Source: a bacterium
GTDB taxonomy: Bacteria > Zhuqueibacterota > Zhuqueibacteria > Oceanimicrobiales > Oceanimicrobiaceae
Direction: 5' to 3'
Length of the DNA: 48,840 nucleotides
Assembly (NCBI GenBank): GCA_046758765.1
Contig: JBHIAW010000002.1
Coordinates: forward strand, 1-48,840
Both the position numbers and the translations under genes were made by a program. Each line of letters starts with the position of its first letter. Within the stretch, counting starts at the first letter, position 1. Below are positions 1-8,500 of the stretch, in pieces. The notes beneath the pieces were generated by a model. The model ran no database searches. It was not told the origin of the DNA and was given only the letters and a program-made list of their open reading frames with translations.

Positions 1-22
1 TACAATTTTGCTTAATTTTCCC

Positions 23-50
23 TTGCATTTTTAGAAAAAGATTGTAATTT
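23..50 (+). promoter_or_regulatory. candidate sigma70-type promoter (TTGCAT-16 nt-TAATTT) upstream of the selenoprotein ORF
   Basis: TTGCAT at 23-28 and TAATTT at 45-50, about 57 nt upstream of ATG 107. Motif match only. Confidence 0.3.
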
Positions 51-106
51 AAGAAATTATCAGATTTCAGTAAATACATGTTACCCACTAAGAAAGTAAG
101 GCAGAT

Positions 107-328
107 ATGTTAGTGACCATTGAATACTGCTTGGTTTGAGACTATTTTCCCAAAGCCTCCAGTTTGAAGGCAGAGTTAGAAAAACAGTTCTCCGATATCA
201 ATGTAGAACTTATCGAAGGTAGTGGTGGAGTTTTTGAAGTGGTGAAAGATGGCGAGTTGATCTTCTCTAAAAAGCAACTTGGGCGATTCCCCGAGCACGA
301 AGAAATCGTTGAGAAATTGAAAACTTAG
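107..328 (+). CDS. SelW/Rdx-family thioredoxin-fold selenoprotein (73 aa, in-frame TGA 137-139 read as Sec)
   Basis: One frame runs from ATG 107 to TAG 326-328, broken only by TGA 137-139. Translation: MLVTIEYCLV[U]DYFPKASSLKAELEKQFSDINVELIEGSGGVFEVVKDGELIFSKKQLGRFPEHEEIVEKLKT. It carries the CxxU redox motif, GGxFEV and GRFPE, which are typical of Rdx (SelW/T/H) proteins. It is absent from the ORF track because of the TGA. Confidence 0.8.
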
Positions 329-352
329 AAAGTTGTTACTCTTGGCAGGTAT

Positions 353-585
353 GAGATTGCTCCGGCAAAAAACCCTTCTCAGAACAGCCCTCGGTTGTCA
401 TGCTGGAAGCATCTTTTTACGAATGCAAAATAAAAGCTCATCGAAGCATGGATTTACCGCTTTCAAAAAAGATTCTTGCAGAATGACAAACCGGAGAGAG
501 CTGTTCTTCCTGAGAGAATGGTGCAAAAGTGCCATGCGGCGCTCGAAATGATGGCTATAATGTATCGTTTTCGTTCAAGAACTAA
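353..585. repeat. composite palindromic (MITE/REP-like) repeat nest
   Basis: The outer parts (GAGATTGCTCCGGCAAAAAAC... and ...TCGTTTTCGTTCAAGAAC) match the right half of the element at 7097-7233. An inner hairpin pairs GTCATGCTGGAAGCATCTTTTT (397-418) with AAAAAAGATTCTTGCAGAATGAC (465-487). ORF 333-551 lies entirely inside it. Confidence 0.7.
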
Positions 586-820
586 TTGAGAAGCAAATCC
601 CACTTATCAAGTGCAAACACTATTATACCGCGCAACACAGAACCAGCCTTTTTGCATTGACTACAATGCTCGTTTTTTCCTACTGACTTTGCATTTAGGT
701 GAGGAAACTTCTCAAGTACTATAGGATGAATCCTCACCCATTAATTAATCTTGACAATTTCAATGGAACTGAATATATTTGCGTAGGATTACTATTACGA
801 ATTTTAGTCCAGCGATAGTC

Positions 821-2638
821 ATGAGAAACTGCAACGAGGTTCCTGTGCACATTTTTGAGCAAAAAAATGGTGTCTTAAAAGCATGGATGCTGGTTACCGT
901 TATCGGTCTGAGCTGCGCTCCCGGCTGCGGCAACGAGGGAGGAAAAGCGCCAGCCCGCCCATTCTCGACCAACACCTCTCAACCAATCCTCTCAGATGTA
1001 ACAACGGAGGTGGGAATCGACTTTGTGTATGACAATGGCATGTCGGGTAAGCTGTATTTCGTAGAGATGATGGGGGGTGGCGGCGCCATGTTCGATTATG
1101 ACAATGATGGTGACCTTGACCTCTATATGGTTCAAGGTCATTTTCTGGACCCGGCATGGCCTGGGCCGGATGCCTCAACACCAAGAGACCGACTTTATCG
1201 TAATGACCTTGAAGTACGGCCTGATGGAAGCCGTACGTTACACTTCACCGATGTAACGGAAGCGAGTCGGTTGCGCGCTACCGGCTATGGTATGGGCGTA
1301 ACCACAGGCGATTATAACAACGATGGCTGGGTAGACCTCTACGTCCTCAACTGGGGGGACAACCAGTTGTGGCGTAATAATGGCGATGGGACGTTTACCG
1401 ATGTGACTCAGGAAAGTGGCACCAACGATCCCGGTTGGTCTACGGCTGCGGCCTTTCTGGACTTCGACCTCGATGGATGGTTGGACCTGATGATTGTCAA
1501 CTATGACGCTTATACCTTTGCAAATGATCACCCCTGTTACTCGCCAATTTCAGGAGGTCGGGATTATTGTCATCCCAGTGCTTACCCACCGGCGCCAGAC
1601 CGTTTGCTGCGCAATCGCGGAGATGGCACCTTCGAAAATGTTACGTTTCCAACCAGGGTCGCACGAGCGTATGGGCCTGGGCTAGGAATTACTGTTGCAG
1701 ACTTCAACGGGGATGGCTGGCTTGACATGTATGTGGCGAATGATCAGAGGGAAAACCAGCTTTGGATAAACCATGAGGGACGCTATTTCCAAAACCAGGC
1801 CGTCATTTCAGGCACGGCGGTCAACGGCGCTGGGGCTCCAGAAGCCAGCATGGGCGTGAACGCGGCTGATTTCGACGGTGATGGTGATGAGGACCTCTTT
1901 ATGACCCATCTCACACGGGAAACCAACACGCTTTACATTAACTATGGCCATGCTAACTTTGGCATGGCGCTGTTTCAGGATCACAGCCGGACGTCAGGGT
2001 TGGGGGCGGCAAGTTTGCCGTACACCGGCTTTGGTACAGTCGATTTTGATTATGACAACGACGGTTGGCTAGACTTGTTCATCGCCAATGGTCATGTGGG
2101 AATCATCCAAGAACTAGCCCAACAAGGCGACCCCTTTCCTTTGAAACAGGTTAATTTGCTTTTTCGCAACCTGGGAGAGGGGCGTTTTAAAATGATAAGC
2201 TCCACAGACGATCCAGTCTTTGGGCTGGCCGAGGTCAGCCGGGGAACGGCCAGGGGCGATCTGGATAATGATGGCGACACAGACATTTTGCTGTTCAATA
2301 ACAACGGACCTGCACGGCTACTACGTAATGAAGTGGGACAGGAACAAATGTGGCTGGGGTTACGCCTGGTAGGTGCAGCAACCCAGCGAGATATGTTTGG
2401 AACCCGGGTAGCCCTGGTGCGCGCCGATGGCTCCACGTTGTGGCGTCGAGTGCATGTCGATGGCAGTTACTGTTCAGCCCATGACCCGCGGGTCTTGTTT
2501 GGATTAGGTACCGCAAAAGAATACGAAGTGGTACGGATCTACTGGCCAGGAGGCGGGATTGAAGAGTGGAGAGAGCTGGACGTAGATCAGTATCATACCT
2601 TGATTCAGGGAACGGGAACACAGATTGATTTGCCATGA
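821..2638 (+). CDS. CRTAC1-family FG-GAP/VCBS repeat protein with C-terminal ASPIC/UnbV domain, probable secreted or lipoprotein
   Basis: Seven Ca-binding-type repeats are present (DYDNDGDLDLY, DYNNDGWVDLY, DFDLDGWLDLM, DFNGDGWLDMY, DFDGDGDEDLF, DYDNDGWLDLF, DLDNDGDTDIL), followed by a UnbV_ASPIC-like C-terminus (GTRVALVRADGS...YCSAHDPRVLFGLG). The N-terminus has VIGLSC (lipobox-like). The start is uncertain: TTG 779, ATG 821 or ATG 887. Confidence 0.85.
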   Translation: MRNCNEVPVHIFEQKNGVLKAWMLVTVIGLSCAPGCGNEGGKAPARPFSTNTSQPILSDVTTEVGIDFVYDNGMSGKLYFVEMMGGGGAMFDYDNDGDLDLYMVQGHFLDPAWPGPDASTPRDRLYRNDLEVRPDGSRTLHFTDVTEASRLRATGYGMGVTTGDYNNDGWVDLYVLNWGDNQLWRNNGDGTFTDVTQESGTNDPGWSTAAAFLDFDLDGWLDLMIVNYDAYTFANDHPCYSPISGGRDYCHPSAYPPAPDRLLRNRGDGTFENVTFPTRVARAYGPGLGITVADFNGDGWLDMYVANDQRENQLWINHEGRYFQNQAVISGTAVNGAGAPEASMGVNAADFDGDGDEDLFMTHLTRETNTLYINYGHANFGMALFQDHSRTSGLGAASLPYTGFGTVDFDYDNDGWLDLFIANGHVGIIQELAQQGDPFPLKQVNLLFRNLGEGRFKMISSTDDPVFGLAEVSRGTARGDLDNDGDTDILLFNNNGPARLLRNEVGQEQMWLGLRLVGAATQRDMFGTRVALVRADGSTLWRRVHVDGSYCSAHDPRVLFGLGTAKEYEVVRIYWPGGGIEEWRELDVDQYHTLIQGTGTQIDLP

Positions 2639-4251
2639 ACGTTAGTTCAGGATTCACAAGGTCGCTTGCCAAGCTATCCATGGGGCTCGTTTTTCTAGTG
2701 GGTGGAATAGCTTGTCGTCAGGCAGAACCTGAAGCCTTGCAACGGGTTGAATTTCCGGACCTCTCTCTGTTGGAGGATGCGGTAGAGCAGCAGCTCAAAT
2801 CGGAATATGCCAAACTGAGCACTCTGGAGAGTGAGAGACAGGTTGAGTCAACGGCGTTAGGGCGTGCCTACGGCAGGATGGGGCAACTCTTTCTCGCATA
2901 TGATATTGTCCAAGCAGCAGAAGCTGCTCTGCGCAATGCCAAAATCTTGATGCCTACGGAAGTGCGCTGGCCTTACTATCTCGGGTATCTATACTTCACG
3001 CTTGGTCAGTTGGAACGAGCCGCGGCCGAGTATGAACAGGCTGGCAAGCTAAAGCCCAAAGAGGCAACTATATGGGTACGACTGGGCGAAACCTTTCAGC
3101 AAATGGGGCGCGACGCTGAAGCGAAACCGCTGTTAGAAAAAGCCGTTCGCGTAGATGCCACTTCAGCAAAAGCACACTTCCTCTTAGGTCAGATAGCTAA
3201 TGACGCCAGAAAATTCAAAACAGCCATTAAACATTATAGGGCTGCCTTGAAGCTGCAACCCTCGGCCACAAGCATATATTATGCCCTCGGGATCGCATAT
3301 CGGAATCTGGGAAGGAATATGGAGGATATTAAGCGCAGCCTGCAATACTTGCACAAACGAGGCAACGTGAAAGTGCGGCTGAAAGATCCTTTCTTGGACG
3401 AGGTTAGAAAGCTTAAGAGAGGTTCAAAGTCATTGTCCTCCAGGGGAAGCAGATTCATGATGCAGGGGCGATTACGAGAAGCTGAAATCGCTTTTGAACA
3501 GGTAATAGCGGCAGACTCCAATGATGTCCTCGCCCACCTGAATCTGGGTTCGGTACGCGCCCGTTTGGGCAAGACAGATAAAGCTATTGCGGCCCTTGAG
3601 CGTGCGGTTCAACTGGACCCTTCGCAAACCGTAGCCCTTATGCTGCTGGGGCAGCTTTATGCTAAACAGGGAGAAACCAAAACCGCCGAGCATTACTATC
3701 GGGCGGCTTTGCAGGTAGATGCACGCAATGATGAGGCCCACCTGGGCTTGGCCACATTATTACGGCGTACAGGACGTTGCCAGGAGGCTATGCCGCACTT
3801 CGAGAAGGTTCTGGAGATTACCCCTGGACAGGTTCAGGCTCACCTATATAGGGCGGTTTGTCATATACAGCTAGGCGAGTATGTCAAGGCGCGTACCTTA
3901 CTTGAAGCTGCTCACGACGTCTTTCCACACTATCGCAGCATACGCGATGCGTTGGTACGATTATTGGCGGCCAGCCCGGAAGCCGAGGTACGCGATGGGA
4001 AGCTTGCCCTGACGCTCGCCGAAAAGCCTGTGGCTGAGTCAGACCATGTCGAAACCACCGAAGCCTTGGCCATGGCCTATGCCGAGTTGGGGCGCTTTGC
4101 TGAGGCCATCCATTGGCAGGAGGCCGCTATTGAGACCGCGCGTACACAAAGTAAGACAGACTATCTGGATCATCTCAAGCACAATCTGCTGCGCTACCAG
4201 CAAGGTAAACCGAGCCGTACCCCATGGGCCCGGTTTTACGATGAAAAGTGA
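2635..4251 (+). CDS. TPR-repeat protein (signal peptide or lipoprotein-like N-terminus)
   Basis: ATGA start/stop overlap with the upstream gene. It contains many 34-aa TPR-like units (e.g. AHFLLGQIANDARKFKTAIKHYRAALKLQP, AHLNLGSVRARLGKTDKAIAALERAVQLDP). A TPR partner next to CRTAC1-type genes is a common arrangement. Confidence 0.85.
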   Translation: MNVSSGFTRSLAKLSMGLVFLVGGIACRQAEPEALQRVEFPDLSLLEDAVEQQLKSEYAKLSTLESERQVESTALGRAYGRMGQLFLAYDIVQAAEAALRNAKILMPTEVRWPYYLGYLYFTLGQLERAAAEYEQAGKLKPKEATIWVRLGETFQQMGRDAEAKPLLEKAVRVDATSAKAHFLLGQIANDARKFKTAIKHYRAALKLQPSATSIYYALGIAYRNLGRNMEDIKRSLQYLHKRGNVKVRLKDPFLDEVRKLKRGSKSLSSRGSRFMMQGRLREAEIAFEQVIAADSNDVLAHLNLGSVRARLGKTDKAIAALERAVQLDPSQTVALMLLGQLYAKQGETKTAEHYYRAALQVDARNDEAHLGLATLLRRTGRCQEAMPHFEKVLEITPGQVQAHLYRAVCHIQLGEYVKARTLLEAAHDVFPHYRSIRDALVRLLAASPEAEVRDGKLALTLAEKPVAESDHVETTEALAMAYAELGRFAEAIHWQEAAIETARTQSKTDYLDHLKHNLLRYQQGKPSRTPWARFYDEK

Positions 4252-4326
4252 TGAAGCAGCAGTTGCGATGTGTTTCAACCCGGTATCCCACGTAAGCGCT
4301 TTCAACGGGAGCTTCTTGAACCATCA

Positions 4327-4671
4327 CGTAACTATTCAGGCTGCCCGGTCATTCCGTAGGAATTTCCATGTCAGGCTTGACACCCGATAATGATGAAAAT
4401 AATGTTAAGCAATTTTCCTCCATGTCATTCCGTAGGAATCTTCCCGCCCTTAGCATACAATTCAGGGAGGATGCCTCTGGCATGACAGTTTAGGTGTTTT
4501 GCTGCATCTCACTAAAAAGGTGATGCTTTCAAACAACGAATCACTTAATCTTAAATTAGGTCACATTTATTTTCGTGGTAATCTTTGTAAATTTTAGCAC
4601 TTAGTAAACAAGGTTCGTTCGGACGTTGATTCAACAAAGACTCTTCCAGAATCACAGCCTGAATAGTTACC
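4327..4671 (-). repeat. copy A of the ~125-bp hairpin element, inverted relative to copies B and C, carrying a ~215-bp nested insertion
   Basis: The left arm 4327-4363 (CGTAACTATTCAGGCTGCCCGGTCATTCCGTAGGAAT) and the right part ~4581-4671 (ATCTTTGTAAATTTTAGCACTTAGTAAACAAGGTTCGTTCGGACGTTGATTCAACAAAGA...CAGCCTGAATAGTTAC) are colinear with the reverse complement of 45401-45524. The intervening DNA contains a further GTCATTCCGTAGGAATCTTCCC / GGGAGGATGCCTCTGGCATGAC hairpin. Confidence 0.8.
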
Positions 4672-4726
4672 GATATACTTGTTATGCGGAATAACATTAA
4701 TCATCTTTTTGTTGACAATCTTATAT

Positions 4727-4742
4727 ATGCATATACGTGCAT
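4727..4742. promoter_or_regulatory. inverted repeat ATGCA-N6-TGCAT (possible operator) just downstream of a TTGACA hexamer (4712-4717)
   Basis: ATGCATATACGTGCAT overlaps the perfect palindrome ATATGCATAT, 35 nt upstream of the flavoprotein ATG. No regulator gene is present in the locus. Confidence 0.25.
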
Positions 4743-4776
4743 GTTTAAATATCTACGATCATCAGGGAGTACTTAA

Positions 4777-6030
4777 ATGAAGAGAATTGCCATCATCGGA
4801 GCTGGGCCAATAGGACTTGAAACCGCGTTATATGCTTCAAAGCTCGGTTATGAGTTCGAAATTTTTGAAAAGGGTGAGATCGGATTCAATATTTTGAATT
4901 GGGGGCATGTAACATTATTCTCACCGTGGAGCATGAATCACTCCTCATTAGGTGTTGCATTGCTTGAGAAATATAGACCCGAGTGGCTTGAGCCAGCTCA
5001 GGAAGATTATCTAACCGGTAAAGAGTACGTTGAAACGTATCTATGGCCATTGAGTACGTTACCTCAGCTAAATGAAAACATTCATACTGGTACCTGTGTG
5101 GAGTTCATTGGTAGAGAAGGGATTCTTAAAGGGGATTTAGTTGGTGGTTCCGATCGCGCTGCTTATCCATTTCGGATTCTTACTGTTAACTCCCAAGGGG
5201 TAGAAAACTGTTACTCTGCAGACATCGTCATTGACGCCTCCGGAGTTTATGGCAATCACAACTGGTTAGGGGATGGGGGAATTCCAGCTTTGGGAGAAAA
5301 GGAAAGCGAGCCTCACATTGGATATGGTTTGGAAGATATTTGCGGTGCAGACCGATCAAAATACGCTGGCAAAAAAACCTTGTTGGTTGGGACTGGTTAC
5401 TCGGCAGCTACCGCGATTTCGGATTTTCACAAATTGATACACGAAGAACCGCACACCTCTGTGCTTTGGGCAATACGTGAAAGCCGCCAATCGCCAATCC
5501 CTCTTATCGAAGAGGACCCCCTTCCAAATCGTGCAAAATTAACCGAAATTGCCAACACCATTACAAGAAATGGTCAGCCTCAAGTAGAATTCAGGAATAA
5601 TACCATCATAGATTCGATTCAATATTTAGAGCATGGAGAAAAATTTGTCGTAGGATTAAGAACCAACGGATTATTAGACAAAGTAGAAGTCGATCGCGTG
5701 ATTGCCAATGTGGGCTACGGTCCGGACAATTCCGTATACCGGGAACTGCAGGTGCATGAATGCTATGCCACCAGGGGGCCGATGAAACTAGCGGCTGCTC
5801 TTTTAGGAGGTTCTGCTACCGATTGTTTAGCTCAAACAAGTCACGGGTCTGACACACTGAAAAACCCAGAACCCAATTTTTACATCATCGGAAACAAGAG
5901 CTATGGCCGTAACTCAACATTCTTGATCCATATTGGCCTGAGTCAAATTCAAGAAGTTTTTACATTGATTACCGGTGATGCAAAACTCAATCTTTACCAA
6001 GTCACTCAAAAGGAGAAGAAAACATCTTGA
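4777..6030 (+). CDS. FAD/NAD(P)-binding oxidoreductase (two dinucleotide-binding folds), specific function unknown
   Basis: N-terminal GxGxxG (IAIIGAGPIGLETALYA), a second fold (LLVGTGYSAATAISDF), and SD AGGGAG upstream of ATG 4777. No redox CxxC pair is visible. Confidence 0.75.
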   Translation: MKRIAIIGAGPIGLETALYASKLGYEFEIFEKGEIGFNILNWGHVTLFSPWSMNHSSLGVALLEKYRPEWLEPAQEDYLTGKEYVETYLWPLSTLPQLNENIHTGTCVEFIGREGILKGDLVGGSDRAAYPFRILTVNSQGVENCYSADIVIDASGVYGNHNWLGDGGIPALGEKESEPHIGYGLEDICGADRSKYAGKKTLLVGTGYSAATAISDFHKLIHEEPHTSVLWAIRESRQSPIPLIEEDPLPNRAKLTEIANTITRNGQPQVEFRNNTIIDSIQYLEHGEKFVVGLRTNGLLDKVEVDRVIANVGYGPDNSVYRELQVHECYATRGPMKLAAALLGGSATDCLAQTSHGSDTLKNPEPNFYIIGNKSYGRNSTFLIHIGLSQIQEVFTLITGDAKLNLYQVTQKEKKTS

Positions 6031-7016
6031 GTTTCGAGAATCTGAAAATTCGTGAGAACGACCTAACTGTAGAGGCATTTGAAAATCTCGAAGTCCAAGA
6101 ATCCTTAGTTCAGTTCTCACGAAAACCACCAGCGAGCGATGTGCCGTGGGTGCCTCTGCACAGTTTGGATGCCCTGTGGTTCCAAGTAGGAGGGACTATT
6201 TGCAATTTGTGGTGCACTCACTGCTTCATTAGCTGCAGTCCGCAAAATCATAAATTTGGATTTATGGAGCGCCCCACAGTACGCACATACTTAGAAGAGT
6301 CCAAAAAATTTGGAGTTAAAGAATACTATTTCACCGGCGGGGAACCGTTTATGAACAAAGAGCTGCTTGGCATTTTAGAAGATACACTGGAATTAGGTCC
6401 GGCCACGGTCCTTACCAACGGGATATTGATTCTTGAGCGCGTGGCCAAACGACTTAGGGATATCGTGGAACAAACCATTTACACTTTAGAAATCCGGGTC
6501 AGTATCGATGGATTTGCCGGAGAAAGCAACGATAAAATACGAGGTGAAGGAAGCTTCCGAAAGGCTCTGAATGGCATCAAAAATTTGGTTGATCATGGAT
6601 TTTTGCCAATAATAACCGCCGCACAAACTTGGGAAGATTCCGAGACGGAAAAGGTGTTTCAAGGATTTAGAAAAGCCTTATTCGATATGGGGTATTCCCG
6701 ACCAAGAATCAAAATTATCCCCCCACTGCGAATTGGCAGAGAAAAAGTCCGCAGTCGGGGATACGACAAATATGAATACGTGACTAAAGAGATGATGGCT
6801 AACTACGATGATACTCTGCTTCAGTGCAGTCTCAGCCGAATGGTCACGGATAAAGGCGTATACGTATGCCCAATCTTGATTGACTCTCCCGAAGCCAAAG
6901 TTGGTGACTCACTGGCAGAGTCATTTACACCATATCCTCTGAAGCATCAGGCGTGTTATACCTGTTACCTATCGGGAGCTATTTGTCATAATTTTTCTGG
7001 AACTGAAAGTAGTTAA
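6027..7016 (+). CDS. radical-SAM enzyme, candidate ArsS/ArsL-type partner of ArsM
   Basis: CX3CX2C motif CNLWCTHC, a GGEP-type SAM contact (FTGGEPFM), and a C-terminal Cys group (C...CPILIDSP...CYTC...C) suggesting an auxiliary cluster. The TTG start overlaps the upstream stop (TTGA). Assignment to ArsS versus ArsL cannot be made by eye. Confidence 0.7.
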   Translation: MSFENLKIRENDLTVEAFENLEVQESLVQFSRKPPASDVPWVPLHSLDALWFQVGGTICNLWCTHCFISCSPQNHKFGFMERPTVRTYLEESKKFGVKEYYFTGGEPFMNKELLGILEDTLELGPATVLTNGILILERVAKRLRDIVEQTIYTLEIRVSIDGFAGESNDKIRGEGSFRKALNGIKNLVDHGFLPIITAAQTWEDSETEKVFQGFRKALFDMGYSRPRIKIIPPLRIGREKVRSRGYDKYEYVTKEMMANYDDTLLQCSLSRMVTDKGVYVCPILIDSPEAKVGDSLAESFTPYPLKHQACYTCYLSGAICHNFSGTESS

Positions 7017-7096
7017 AAATTTACCACAGATGAACACCTATTGTCAAGGAAATAAAATCAGAATCTATGGATGGTAATGAAACGTAACTAACGAGT

Positions 7097-7233
7097 GTTT
7101 GAACGAAAACACCATTTTTACTGTCATTGCGAGCGCTTCTCAGCGAAGCAATCTCCCAATTAGGTAGGTGTGAGATTGCTTCGGCAAAAAACGCCTCGCA
7201 ATGACGGTTAGGATCTATAGTTTTCGTTCAAAC
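7097..7233. repeat. palindromic hairpin element between the radical-SAM gene and arsM
   Basis: Outer inverted repeat GTTTGAACGAAAAC (7097-7110) / GTTTTCGTTCAAAC (7220-7233). Inner arms GTCATTGCGAGCGCTTCTCAGCGAAGCAATCTC / GAGATTGCTTCGGCAAAAAACGCCTCGCAATGAC. Confidence 0.8.
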
Positions 7234-7263
7234 AATAACTAATATAATAGGTATAAAGTAGGC

Positions 7264-8460
7264 ATGAATAGCAACACTAAGAAGTTAGGAACAAACAATT
7301 CAACAATGATTAGCGCTGAGAAAGCAGTACGGGAGCGGTATACAAAAGGTTCCCAACAGCAGGAGGTTGCTCTATGCTGTGCCGCCGTAGACTATGATAA
7401 GAAATATTTAGAAATCATACCCCAAGAAATCATTGAACGTGATTACGGTTGCGGCGATCCTTCTAAATACGTAAAACCGGGGGAGACGGTATTAGACCTA
7501 GGTAGTGGAACAGGCAAAATATGCTACATCATTTCGCAAATGGTAGGAGCAGAAGGCCGGGTTATTGGTGTGGATATGAATCAGGAAATGCTGTCCTTAG
7601 CAAGAAAGTACCAGAAAGAAGTAGGTGACAAAATAGGCTATCACAACGTGGAATTTCGCCGCGGGAAAATTCAGGATTTGAAGTTGGATTTAGACCGAGC
7701 CGACCTTTATTTGAGAGAAAATCCTATACGCAGCGCTTCTGAATTCCTACGTTATGAAGAATTCCTTGAGGAACAGAGAAAAAATCAGCCTCTCATTCCC
7801 GATGATTCCATTGACTTAGTGGTCTCAAACTGTGTTTTAAATTTGGTAAAAGACGAAGACAAAAAGCAGCTTTTTAGCGAAATTTATCGACTGTTAAGAA
7901 AGGGGGGTCGAGTCGCTATTTCCGATATTGTTGCAGACGAAGATGTGCCAACCCATTTAAAGAATGACCCTGATCTTTGGAGCGGCTGCATTTCTGGTGC
8001 TTTACGTGAAGACGAGTTTCTCAAAGCCTTTGCAGATGCGGGTTTCTACGGCATTCAAATCGAAAAGTGGAACGATGAACCCTGGCAAACCGTAGAAGGC
8101 ATTGAATTTCGCTCTGTGACCATAACTGCCTACAAAGGAAAAGAGGGCCCTTGCCTGGAACGAAATCAGGCCGTGATCTACCGCGGCCCTTGGAAAGCAG
8201 TCATCGATGACGATGGCCATACCCTCTATCGGGGAGAACGAATGGCTGTGTGCAACAAAACCTTTCGCATTTATACCAAGGAGCCATATTCTGCTGACAT
8301 AATTCCAGTGGAGCCTTATGAGAAGATTCCTCTGGAACAAGCCCAGAGTTTTGCCTGCAATAAAAATGCCCGTCGCCATCCGAGAGAAACTAAAGGGCTG
8401 GATTACAACGTAACCGAACTTAGCGATGGCGCGTCCTGTGGTCCGGAGGGTTGTTGTTAA
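7264..8460 (+). CDS. arsM: arsenite S-adenosylmethionine methyltransferase (ArsM/AS3MT family)
   Basis: SAM-binding VLDLGSGTG plus the four ArsM-defining Cys contexts: LCCAAVD, YGCGDP, VSNCVLNL and WSGCISGA. It has a long C-terminal domain ending in the Cys-rich SCGPEGCC. Confidence 0.85.
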   Translation: MNSNTKKLGTNNSTMISAEKAVRERYTKGSQQQEVALCCAAVDYDKKYLEIIPQEIIERDYGCGDPSKYVKPGETVLDLGSGTGKICYIISQMVGAEGRVIGVDMNQEMLSLARKYQKEVGDKIGYHNVEFRRGKIQDLKLDLDRADLYLRENPIRSASEFLRYEEFLEEQRKNQPLIPDDSIDLVVSNCVLNLVKDEDKKQLFSEIYRLLRKGGRVAISDIVADEDVPTHLKNDPDLWSGCISGALREDEFLKAFADAGFYGIQIEKWNDEPWQTVEGIEFRSVTITAYKGKEGPCLERNQAVIYRGPWKAVIDDDGHTLYRGERMAVCNKTFRIYTKEPYSADIIPVEPYEKIPLEQAQSFACNKNARRHPRETKGLDYNVTELSDGASCGPEGCC

Positions 8461-8500
8461 ATCGTTTAGCCGGCAAGCATTTGTAGAAGAGTAGGATTAA

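Noticed and set aside
333-551. 72-aa ORF on the plus strand
   Set aside because: It lies entirely within the palindromic repeat nest (353-585), has no SD, and its sequence is the typical read-through of hairpin repeats. I regard it as spurious.
2092-2681. Antisense ORFs inside real genes. These are 2092-2436 and 2295-2681 here, and likewise 26058-26396, 36635-36961, 44062-44487, 23056-23328 and 28531-28806.
   Set aside because: They sit opposite strongly supported genes, have low-complexity or Ser/Pro/Arg-rich translations, and lack start signals. They are typical shadow ORFs.
4046-4390. 114-aa ORF overlapping the 3' end of the TPR gene and running into repeat copy A
   Set aside because: It is an alternative frame of a GC-rich gene plus repeat sequence (Arg/Pro-rich), with no start context. 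I regard it as spurious.
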